Of a stretch of 52,901 bases of DNA, positions 10,088-18,240 are shown piece by piece. The stretch's first letter is position 1; every line of letters starts with the position of its first letter. The stretch is from Collinsella sp. Lineage in GTDB: Bacteria > Actinomycetota > Coriobacteriia > Coriobacteriales > Coriobacteriaceae. A model generated the notes under the pieces. The model was not told the DNA's origin. It saw only the letters and a program-made list of their open reading frames with translations, and did no database searches. The stretch is from the NCBI GenBank assembly GCA_022713905.1, contig JAIHTM010000001.1, positions 1-52,901 on the forward strand, written 5' to 3'. The position numbers and the translations under genes were made by a program.

Positions 10088-10120
10088 CAAGGTACCTTGT
10101 ATTACTCATTAGGTACCTTG
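10088..10120. promoter_or_regulatory. Putative MarR operator pair
   Basis: Palindrome CAAGGTACCTTG (10088-10099) and a second copy AGGTACCTTG (10111-10120) upstream of marR. Confidence 0.6.
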
Positions 10121-10150
10121 CAAAAACGATGGAGGCGGACGAACACGACA

Positions 10151-10588
10151 ATGAACGACAAAGCGCTGGCGGAGCTGTTCTATGATGCGGCGCGTATCAG
10201 CCATCAACGCGAAACACGACGCGACCATTCGCTGATATACGGCAGCGGCCAGTCGCGCTGCCTGCTGACCGTCAGTGGTCTCGGGCCGGTCAGCCAGCGC
10301 CGGCTCGCCGCGATCCTCGGTATACGGTCGGCATCGCTGAGCGAATTGCTCGGCAAAATGGAGGCGCGCGGATGGGTCGCGCGCACTCCCCATCCCGAAG
10401 ACGGGCGCACCTATCTGGTCGCGCTCACCGAGGAGGGCAAGGCCGAGGCGATGCGCCGACGTGCGGCCGATAACGGAGCCACCGGTAAACTGCTCGAAGT
10501 GCTCACCGCTCAGCAGCGCGAACAATTCGCCGAAATCCTCACCGTGATCAAAGAGCACTACCAAGAGCTCGATAAGCAAAACCTTTAG
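10151..10588 (+). CDS. MarR family transcriptional regulator
   Basis: SQRRLAAILGIRSASLSELLGKMEARGWV...EDGR...LTEEG winged HTH. Confidence 0.9.
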   Translation: MNDKALAELFYDAARISHQRETRRDHSLIYGSGQSRCLLTVSGLGPVSQRRLAAILGIRSASLSELLGKMEARGWVARTPHPEDGRTYLVALTEEGKAEAMRRRAADNGATGKLLEVLTAQQREQFAEILTVIKEHYQELDKQNL

Positions 10589-10633
10589 TTGGAACTTGAG
10601 CCTCCGCAGAGAGCCAAAAATCGAAACGGAATC

Positions 10634-10920
10634 ATGCCAAACACCACTACACACGTCACAACAACCACCACCGAACAGCACCTCTTAGCAACCACCGTCG
10701 CACGTTGATCTTCATCAACATCATGCTCTCGTGCATCGCCACCACCGTCATGGCCACGGCGCTCACCACGGCTCTGCCGCCCATCACCAAGGATTTGGGC
10801 GTCAGCATGCAGACCGGCCAGTGGCTCACCAGCGGTTATTCACTGGCCATGGGCGCATGCGCGGCGCCGCTGATCATCATCCCGATCGTGTTCCTGCGCG
10901 GCAAGCAGGAGAACCATTGA
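10634..10920 (+). pseudogene. Internally deleted MFS (DHA2-like) efflux transporter remnant
   Basis: TALTTALPPI...GQWLTSGYSLAMG (TM1-2 motifs) joined directly to one last helix and a stop; upstream ATG 10634 is out of frame. Confidence 0.75.
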
Positions 10921-11156
10921 ATCGCGTTTGCGCCAGAACTGGTTGGTTGATTGAAGCCAACGCGACAAGATTCGGTGCGGATCTCGACAATGTGATGTGG
11001 CAGTGAGATGCGACCGGGCGCATCAGAATTATCGTGACCTGAATGTCGTGTTGGTCGGTTGGCTCACGAGTTGGCTCACAGACTGCGAGGGATTGCGACG
11101 ACATCGTTCTCCGCGCCGTATGCCTGATTTCCCTTACACTTTCAGGTATGCGTTTC

Positions 11157-11587
11157 ATGATTCGCAGGTATCGGCCCGATGCCGCGGAGGCCACGATGGC
11201 GGTGTTCCGTCGGCCCGCGACCGGCATCGCCTCCCGGGATTACAACAGCGAACAGATTCGCGCATGGGCCGGGCATACCGGCACACCTGGGCAATGGAAC
11301 GAACGCCGGATAACGGTGCACACATGGGTCGCCGAAACCGCGAAATATCCGCTCGAAGACCCCATACGGGAATCTTCCGAAACCTAGAACGTTCCGGTCG
11401 GGTTCATTGACGTCGACAAAGCCGGGTATATCGACATGCTGTTCGTGGATTCCTCATGCTCCCGGCAGGGCGTGGCCTCGCTATTGCTCGGACAAGTCGA
11501 GCGGTTCGCCGACGCAGCCGGCATCGATCGGCTCACCGTCCATGCCAGCATCACCGCGCGGCTGTTCTTCATGCAGTGCGGTTTCCG
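11157..11587 (+). pseudogene. GNAT acetyltransferase (YafP-like), inactivated
   Basis: MIRRYRP...ASRDYNSEQIRAWA, in-frame TAG at 11385-11387, then GFID...YIDMLFV...RQGVASLL...HASITARLFF; 3' end replaced by IS sequence. Confidence 0.8.
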
Positions 11588-12013
11588 CGCCTCCCCGACG
11601 CCGGACTCGCGCCGCCGGCAGCGTTCGACCACCGCCGACTCGAACAGGGCACCTTTGAGCTTGGGCACCTTCGGCTCCGGCCTGCCGGCCTTGGCGGTCA
11701 GGCTGCGTTCGTAGTGGCCGGCACGGTACGCCTTGCGTTCGCCGGTTCGTTCGTATCTCGCGGCGTTGGCGATCTCGTCGGCCTGAAGCGTCGGGCATCG
11801 CGTTGACTATTTGTTCTACCTTGTCACGCACCATGGCGTCGAGCTTTGTCTCGAACATGGCGTCATCGAACTGTATGATTTCCTTGGACATGGCCTCTGC
11901 CTCTTTCCAATCGCGGTTTTCTAGTGTTAGCGACTGAAAATCGTACCCGGCACGGGCCATATCCTCTTCCAGGAAACTCAAATCACAAAGTGCGCAGGAT
12001 TTCGGGCCTTACC
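11588..12013 (-). mobile_element. IS256-family remnant (one end plus frameshifted transposase 5' part, ATG 11891)
   Basis: MSKEIIQFD...; ADEIANAARYERTGERKAYRAGHYERSL...VPKLKG...FES...RRRE is an IS256 transposase N-terminus; IR-like end GGTAAGGCCCGAAA. Confidence 0.8.
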
Positions 12014-12025
12014 CGGCACTGTTCT

Positions 12026-12303
12026 ACGCTTTAGACAGTCTTCCGTCAAAGGCTTGGTTGACGAGTGCGTACACGGTCTGAGCGACGCCCACTACGCCCG
12101 CGAGCACGATGCCCCATATATAAGTACCGTCGAATCCGCCGGTGGCGGCGATGGCGATGACGCCGAACCGGATGGATGCGGCGAGGAACACGGATCCGAC
12201 GTATCCGCTGGGGAATATACTTCTTGAATACCCGAACGAACGCGGGCACGATCAACGCCACGAACCCGGACCCGAGCGTGATCACGGTGCCGATATCCGC
12301 ATG
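12026..12303 (-). pseudogene. Degraded three-TM holin-like phage gene
   Basis: Joined across frameshifts it reads DIGTVITLGSGFVALIVPAFVRVFKKYIP / SGYVG...IAIAATGGF / WGIVLAGVVGVAQTVYALVNQAF; AAGGAG RBS. Confidence 0.5.
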
Positions 12304-12383
12304 ATGCTCCTTAGACGATGTAGGCGGCCTCCGCCACCGCACCGAAGGCCACTGCAGCGACAACGTCCGTCAACACGATTTCA

Positions 12384-12418
12384 AGCTCTACTCCCACTCC
12401 CCAAGCGGGAGTAGGGCT
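12384..12418 (-). terminator. Hairpin downstream of tRNA-Pro
   Basis: AGCTCTACTCCC pairs with GGGAGTAGGGCT (one mismatch). Confidence 0.5.
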
Positions 12419-12422
12419 CCGG

Positions 12423-12496
12423 TCGGGCTGACAGGATTTGAACCTGCGACATCCTGCTCCCAAAGCAGGCGCGCTACCAAACTGCGCTACAGCCCG
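12423..12496 (-). tRNA. tRNA-Pro(TGG)
   Basis: Minus strand CGGGCTGTAGCGCAGTTTGGTAGCGCG-CCTGC-TTTGGGA-GCAGG...GGTTCAAATCC-TGTCAGCCCGA folds as a cloverleaf; TGnTATACT upstream. Confidence 0.97.
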
Positions 12497-12677
12497 ATGT
12501 GCCCAGCCCAAGGCAAAGCACAAATGTTGAGTATACCATAGGCCGAGACTGAGCCCGTTTTTCAATTATCACCGGGTTCCGTAGACCTTGGCAACCGAAT
12601 CCGGGGCCATTGGACTCGACCCGCATCTTCCACCCCGCCGATGGTCCAAATAATCGGCGCAATGTAGGCCCCTCCCA

Positions 12678-12793
12678 TTGCGTTCCTAAGTGCGCGCCGA
12701 AACGACGAGTGCGCGAACATAGGTACGCAAATGGCCCTGTTTGCGTACCTATGTGCGCACGGTCGTCGTTTCGGCGCGCACTTAGGAACGCAA
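12678..12793. repeat. 116-bp near-perfect palindrome built of four alternating units
   Basis: Perfect 31-bp IR 12678-12708 / 12763-12793 and perfect 15-bp inner IR 12717-12731 / 12740-12754. Confidence 0.85.
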
Positions 12794-12985
12794 ATCCGGA
12801 CGACACATCCCACGCACGAACAGGCACCACGCCGCATACCGGTCATCGTCCCACGCCGCCCCGTCATAACCCCGTACCGTCGCGTCACAATCTCGTCCCG
12901 CACCGCCCCCCTCCCCGGCCACCAACGCAACACAGCCGCGAAACCGCACGAGTACAATGGATATCCGGACGGCGAAAGGGGTGTC

Positions 12986-14203
12986 ATGGGACGTCATCAG
13001 CGAGCGGAGACCCTTGGTCTGATCTCATTCCTGATCTGCGCGATGGTCGGCGCGATAATGATGTCGCTGTACATGCAGTTCGCCCCGGCGATCTGGCAGA
13101 TCACCCAACGACGTTTCATGGTGTGCGCGGGCATTCTGGCCGGTTGCGCCGCCCTGTCATTCTGCGTCGGTTACGCCAGCCACTCCCATTCGCTCAACCT
13201 GCATCGCGGCTGGTTCGCCCCGATTCGTCGCGTGTTCGAAATCCTCGCATTGTCGATCGTGTACGCGGCGACCGTGTTCCTCTCGTCATTCGCCCTACTC
13301 GGCGCAATCAACGGCATGATGGGGTCGGCGACGTTCAGCGGATACCTCACCCCCATCTGCGCCGGCTTCGCGGGCGTCGTCGGTTATATGACGTTCGTGC
13401 AGGCGGAGATGATGAACGCGAAGACGTTGGCCTCGCTGCTGCCGTTCTTCGTGATTTCCGGCGTGTGCACCGCCGGCCTGACCACCGACGACCCGTACTG
13501 GTACCACAACAATTTCTCGCAGCTCGGCGACCGCACCACGTTCGCGGCCCGCATGTTCAACTCGACGCTGATGCTCGCCGGAACGTGCATCATCATCGTC
13601 AGCTACTTCGCCATCTCGGAGCTGATCACCACCGAACGCATACATCGAGCACGCCATCAGATGAACAAAAGCACCGGCACCGCCGCCGATGACCGCGACA
13701 TCACGCATTTCACGTTGCGTATCGCCATCCTGTCGCTGCTGCTGACCATATCCGGGCTCATGTTCATAGGCATCGGCGCGTTCCGCTATACGCCGCACCC
13801 GATCATGCACAACGTGTGCGCCAAGGGACTGACGGTCATCATGGGCGTGTTGATGCTCTCCCTGCCGTGGCTCGCCCCGCGGATACCGAAGGTGATGTCG
13901 GTGATTTCCGCCTTGGCGATTCTGATCTGCTCTGCCATCGGTATCAGGATGCTGATGGGCCAGGGAACGCTCACCAATCTCGAAGCGCTCGCCGGACTGC
14001 TGTTTCTGGGATGGTTCATCGTCTTCTCAAGGCAAATCGCCGCAATCGAGGCCGATCGTCTGCAGGATCAGCTGATGATGCTGCAGCCCGGCACTGGTGA
14101 CAGCACCGGTGCCGGCCCCGGCAATCCAGCCCGAGACGCGGACGGCTCCGGCCCCAACGAGCAGGTCGCGGAACTGCAATCCCGCCTGTCGAACGACCGG
14201 TAA
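12986..14203 (+). CDS. Polytopic membrane protein (DUF998-like, tentative)
   Basis: About 10 hydrophobic segments, FSQLG...FN motif; GAAAGGGG RBS before MGRHQRAE. Confidence 0.8.
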   Translation: MGRHQRAETLGLISFLICAMVGAIMMSLYMQFAPAIWQITQRRFMVCAGILAGCAALSFCVGYASHSHSLNLHRGWFAPIRRVFEILALSIVYAATVFLSSFALLGAINGMMGSATFSGYLTPICAGFAGVVGYMTFVQAEMMNAKTLASLLPFFVISGVCTAGLTTDDPYWYHNNFSQLGDRTTFAARMFNSTLMLAGTCIIIVSYFAISELITTERIHRARHQMNKSTGTAADDRDITHFTLRIAILSLLLTISGLMFIGIGAFRYTPHPIMHNVCAKGLTVIMGVLMLSLPWLAPRIPKVMSVISALAILICSAIGIRMLMGQGTLTNLEALAGLLFLGWFIVFSRQIAAIEADRLQDQLMMLQPGTGDSTGAGPGNPARDADGSGPNEQVAELQSRLSNDR

Positions 14204-14278
14204 CACGCAAGTCACCGGTCGGCGCCTGCCTAGCGTAGCGCACACAGCGCGCAGATGCGAAGCACCTGCCACGAGATC

Positions 14279-16420
14279 TCAGCTGTCCTCGCGACGTACC
14301 GCCGGGCAATCAGAACTCTTGAGCAGCAGGAAGCTGCGCGCCTGAGCGGTGATGGCGAATCCCGCCTCATAGCTCAGCTCCGGCCCCTTGGGGTTGTATG
14401 TGTCGATGAGCAGCTGCCACTTCTTGCCATACCGCTCACTGGGCAGCGTGAACATGATCGGCTCGTAATGCGCGTTGAAGATCAGGATGAAATCGTTGTC
14501 GATCATCGGCGAACCGTACCAGTCAGTCTCGGGGATGCGCGAGCCGTTGAGGAACACCATCATCGAGAACGCGTGCGTGTTCGACCAGTCATCCATGTCC
14601 ATGATTGATCCGGTGTGGTCGAACCATTCGATCTGCGGGATCGTCGAGACGTCCTCGCCCGGCTCACGCCCGGAGAAGAAGCGGCGCCTGTGCAGCACGG
14701 GATGCTCCAGCCGCAGATGAATCAGCTTGGACACGAACTGCAGCAGGTCCTCCTGCTCGGGCGTGGAGTCCCAGCTGCGCCACGATATCTCGTTGTCCTG
14801 GCAGTAGGCATTGTTGTTGCCCTGCTGGGTGCGTTCCACCTCGTCGCCGCCGCAGATCATCGGGATGCCCTGGCTGACCAGCAGCGTGGAGAACAGGTTG
14901 CGCAGCTGCCGCTGGCGCAGGTTGTTGACATCGCTAATGGTTGTGGGGCCTTCCACGCCGCAGTTCCATGAACGATTGTTGCTTTCGCCGTCGCGGTTGT
15001 CTTCGCCGTTGGCCATGTTGTGCTTGTTGTTGTACGTGACCAGATCGTTCATGGTGAAGCCGTCGTGCGCGGTGATGAAGTTCACCGAAGCGACCGGCCT
15101 GCGGCCGTTGACCTGATACAGGTCGGAGCTGCCGAGCAGACGGCTGGCGAACTCGGGAAGCGTGGACGGCTGCGAGCGCCAGAAGTCGCGCACGCAGTCG
15201 CGGTAACGGCCGTTCCATTCGGACCAGCTCGACGGGAACCCGCCCACCTGGTAGCCGCCGGAGCCGAGATCCCACGGTTCGGCGATGAGTTTGACACGTG
15301 AGATGACCGGATCCTGTTCGACGATGTCGAAGAATGCGGACAGCTTGTCGACCTCCTGGAACTGGCGTGCCAGCGTGGCGGCCAGATCAAAGCGGAAGCC
15401 GTCGACGTGCATTTCGGTGACCCAATAACGCAGCGAGTCGGTGATGAGCTGAAGCGCGTGGGGAGAGCGCATGAGCAGCGAGTTGCCGGTGCCGGTGGTG
15501 TCGAAGTAATGCCGCGGATCGCCATCTACCAGACGATAGTACGACTGGTTGTCGATGCCCCTGAAGCTCAGGGTCGGGCCCATGTCGTTGCCTTCGGCGG
15601 TGTGGTTGTAAACCACGTCGAGGATGATCTCGATGCCAGCGCGGTGGTATGCCTTGACCATCGCCTTGAACTCGTTGACCTGCTCGCCGCGCTGGCCTGA
15701 GCATGCGTAGGCGTTGTGCGGCGCGAAGAACCCGATGGTGTTGTATCCCCAGTAGTTGCTCAGTCCCTTTTCCTGCAGGAACGAGTCGTTGACGAACTGG
15801 TGGATGGGCATGAGCTCCAGTGCGGTGATGCCGAGCTTTTTCAGGTATTCGATCACCGAGGGGTGCGCGAGGCCGGCGTAGGTTCCGCGAATCTGCGGCG
15901 GCACGTCCTTGTTGAGGTTGGTCATGCCGCGCACGTGGGCTTCGTAGATGACCGAATCATGGTATGGCGTGTTCGGATGCTGGTCGTTGCCCCAGTCAAA
16001 ATAGGGGTTGACGACTGCGGACTTCATGGTGTGATCGGCTGAGTCGAGGTCGTTCATTGGGCCGTCCGGGTCGGCGAAACGGTAGGAGAACAGGCTTTCG
16101 TCGCCGTCGATGTTGCCTTCGATGGCTTTGGCGTAGGGGTCGAGCAGCAGCTTGTTCGGGTTGCACCGCATGCCCTTGGCGGGATCGTACGGGCCGTACA
16201 CGCGGTAACCGTAGCGTTGCCCGGGTTGGATTCCGGAAATATAGTTATGCCAGACGTACGAGTTCTGCTCGGTCATCTCGATGCGCGTCTCTTTGTCGTC
16301 CTCGTCGAACAGACATAACTCGACCTTGTCCGCCACCTGCGAGAACAAGGCGAAATTCACGCCAGAACCGTCGTAGTTCGCACCCAACGGGTACATGGAG
16401 CCGGGTCGTATTTGCTGCAT
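14279..16420 (-). CDS. glgX: Glycogen debranching enzyme (isoamylase, GH13)
   Basis: YPLGA, NYWGY, DVVYNH, DGFRFDLA, AEPWD, NFITAHDGF, QQGNNNAYCQDN. Confidence 0.96.
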   Translation of the reverse strand: MQQIRPGSMYPLGANYDGSGVNFALFSQVADKVELCLFDEDDKETRIEMTEQNSYVWHNYISGIQPGQRYGYRVYGPYDPAKGMRCNPNKLLLDPYAKAIEGNIDGDESLFSYRFADPDGPMNDLDSADHTMKSAVVNPYFDWGNDQHPNTPYHDSVIYEAHVRGMTNLNKDVPPQIRGTYAGLAHPSVIEYLKKLGITALELMPIHQFVNDSFLQEKGLSNYWGYNTIGFFAPHNAYACSGQRGEQVNEFKAMVKAYHRAGIEIILDVVYNHTAEGNDMGPTLSFRGIDNQSYYRLVDGDPRHYFDTTGTGNSLLMRSPHALQLITDSLRYWVTEMHVDGFRFDLAATLARQFQEVDKLSAFFDIVEQDPVISRVKLIAEPWDLGSGGYQVGGFPSSWSEWNGRYRDCVRDFWRSQPSTLPEFASRLLGSSDLYQVNGRRPVASVNFITAHDGFTMNDLVTYNNKHNMANGEDNRDGESNNRSWNCGVEGPTTISDVNNLRQRQLRNLFSTLLVSQGIPMICGGDEVERTQQGNNNAYCQDNEISWRSWDSTPEQEDLLQFVSKLIHLRLEHPVLHRRRFFSGREPGEDVSTIPQIEWFDHTGSIMDMDDWSNTHAFSMMVFLNGSRIPETDWYGSPMIDNDFILIFNAHYEPIMFTLPSERYGKKWQLLIDTYNPKGPELSYEAGFAITAQARSFLLLKSSDCPAVRREDS

Positions 16421-16514
16421 GGTCATATTATCGCACGCCAACGTGAACATAGTTAACTTCAAACCGATATAAAGAAAAATTCTCAGCAGACTATGTTTGT
16501 TTTACCATGAATAC

Positions 16515-17213
16515 TTATTGTTTTTTCAGGATTCGCTGAATCGTCTCATGCTGTATGGCAATGACGGAGTTCGACGCGGTGACCGGCACTCCGGCGAGTT
16601 GGCGCCAGGTCACCCACGCAGATTCCACGTGTTCGTCGGGATCGAACCGGCGCGGTCGGCTTTCCCAGCGTCGCAGGTGCATGACCATGATGTTGGCGAG
16701 CTCGTCGCTCATGCCTTCCGACGAGTAGAACGCCCCCACATGGTCGAATATGACGCCGTCCTCTCCGACCGGCACCACGCCGGTCTCCTCGGCGAGCTCG
16801 CGCAGCGCCGCCTGCTCCACGTCCTCTCCGTCGTCCATCAGTCCCGCCGGCAGACCGTAGGCGAACAGGTCGGAGCCTACGCGGTACTCGCGCTCCAGCA
16901 GGTACAGGTCCCGGGCCTCGTCATGGACGAGCATGACGACGCATGGCGCGTGACGGCACACCTGGCGACGCACGGTGACGCAGTCCCCGCCACCGGCCGG
17001 CAGCGCGATGCGCATGTCCTCCACGTCGAACACCGCCCCTTGGTACACGGTCTGTCGCGACAGCACGACGGCCCTGCGATCCCGGCTGTCCATGACGATG
17101 CCGTCGGTGGAGCGGTCGAGCAGCGCGTCGACTTGCCGGGTGATGTCGCTTGCGGCGGCGGTACCCACGGTTTCGGCAGTGCCAGCGGTGTCAGCGGTTG
17201 AACGGTCAGGCAT
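16515..17213 (-). CDS. Nudix hydrolase (ADP-ribose pyrophosphatase-like)
   Basis: Nudix box GLMDDGEDVEQAALRELAEETG; GAAAAAGGA upstream of MPDRST. Confidence 0.9.
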   Translation of the reverse strand: MPDRSTADTAGTAETVGTAAASDITRQVDALLDRSTDGIVMDSRDRRAVVLSRQTVYQGAVFDVEDMRIALPAGGGDCVTVRRQVCRHAPCVVMLVHDEARDLYLLEREYRVGSDLFAYGLPAGLMDDGEDVEQAALRELAEETGVVPVGEDGVIFDHVGAFYSSEGMSDELANIMVMHLRRWESRPRRFDPDEHVESAWVTWRQLAGVPVTASNSVIAIQHETIQRILKKQ

Positions 17214-17266
17214 GATGAATGGTCCTTTTTCGAAAGAAGTTGTCAGCGATGTGCAGCGGCAGCCGG

Positions 17267-18184
17267 CTAGCCCCGGCAGGGGATGTTCAGCGTCCACGGA
17301 TCGGTGTTCATCGTGATATGGGTGGTGCGTATGGTCTCCCCCGTCGCCCGCCCGACCGCCGCGGCGATGTCGTCCGGGGCGTATCGGAACCACAGCGACT
17401 CGATGGCGGAGTGCGGCGTGTTGATCAGCGCCGGACGGGCGACGGCGTTCCCTGCCGTTCCCGTATTTCCGGCCGAGGGGGCGGCCAGTCCGCGCGAGAG
17501 CAGCGACGCCTCGTACCGCGCCTGTTCCAAGGCGTCGGTCGCTGGATGATGGCGCAGGTCGCTGGTCACATACACATCGGCTCCGCTGGCCCGCACCTCG
17601 TCGAACAGCGAGTCCCCTGATCCCGGCAGCACCGCGACGCGCCGCACGAGCGACTGGAGGTCGCCGGCGACCTGAACACCAAGATTCGTGGCCGGCAGCG
17701 CCTGCGCCACGCGATGCGCGAAACGCTCCAAGGTCATCGGCTCCTCCAGCAGGCCGACACGACCCAGGCCCACGGCGTGCGCAGACCCCGGGTCGTCGAT
17801 GGGCACCAGAGGCCGCTGATCGACCAGGCCGAACGCGTCGGCCGCAGCCTGCCCTACACCGCGCCACGCGGCATCGGCGTTGGTGTGACCCACCCACAGA
17901 GCGCAGTGATGGCTGTACAGTTTGCCGACGATGGCGCCGTGCACGTCCTGTCCGGAGACGGCGTGCACGGAACGGAACAGCAGCGGGTGATGGCATATCA
18001 GCAGGTCGGCGCCGCGTTCGATGGCCTCGTCGATCACCGCCATGGTGGGGTCCGCGGCGAATGCGACCAGTCCGACGTCGGCACCGGGCTCGCCGACGAT
18101 CAGGCCGGGCGCGTCCCAGGATTCCGCATAGCGCAGCGGATACAGGGTTTCCACTACGCTGACGACCTGTCGAAGCGTGGTCAT
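17267..18184 (-). CDS. Nif3-like dinuclear metal centre protein (YbgI/DUF34)
   Basis: AESWD..GL, CHHPLLF, HTNAD, YVTSDLRHH, HSAIE. Confidence 0.93.
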   Translation of the reverse strand: MTTLRQVVSVVETLYPLRYAESWDAPGLIVGEPGADVGLVAFAADPTMAVIDEAIERGADLLICHHPLLFRSVHAVSGQDVHGAIVGKLYSHHCALWVGHTNADAAWRGVGQAAADAFGLVDQRPLVPIDDPGSAHAVGLGRVGLLEEPMTLERFAHRVAQALPATNLGVQVAGDLQSLVRRVAVLPGSGDSLFDEVRASGADVYVTSDLRHHPATDALEQARYEASLLSRGLAAPSAGNTGTAGNAVARPALINTPHSAIESLWFRYAPDDIAAAVGRATGETIRTTHITMNTDPWTLNIPCRG

Positions 18185-18240
18185 GGCTTGTCCTCTTTTC
18201 TTTTCTTGCCGTCGTTGTTCTCGCCGCCGTGCCGTCGCCG

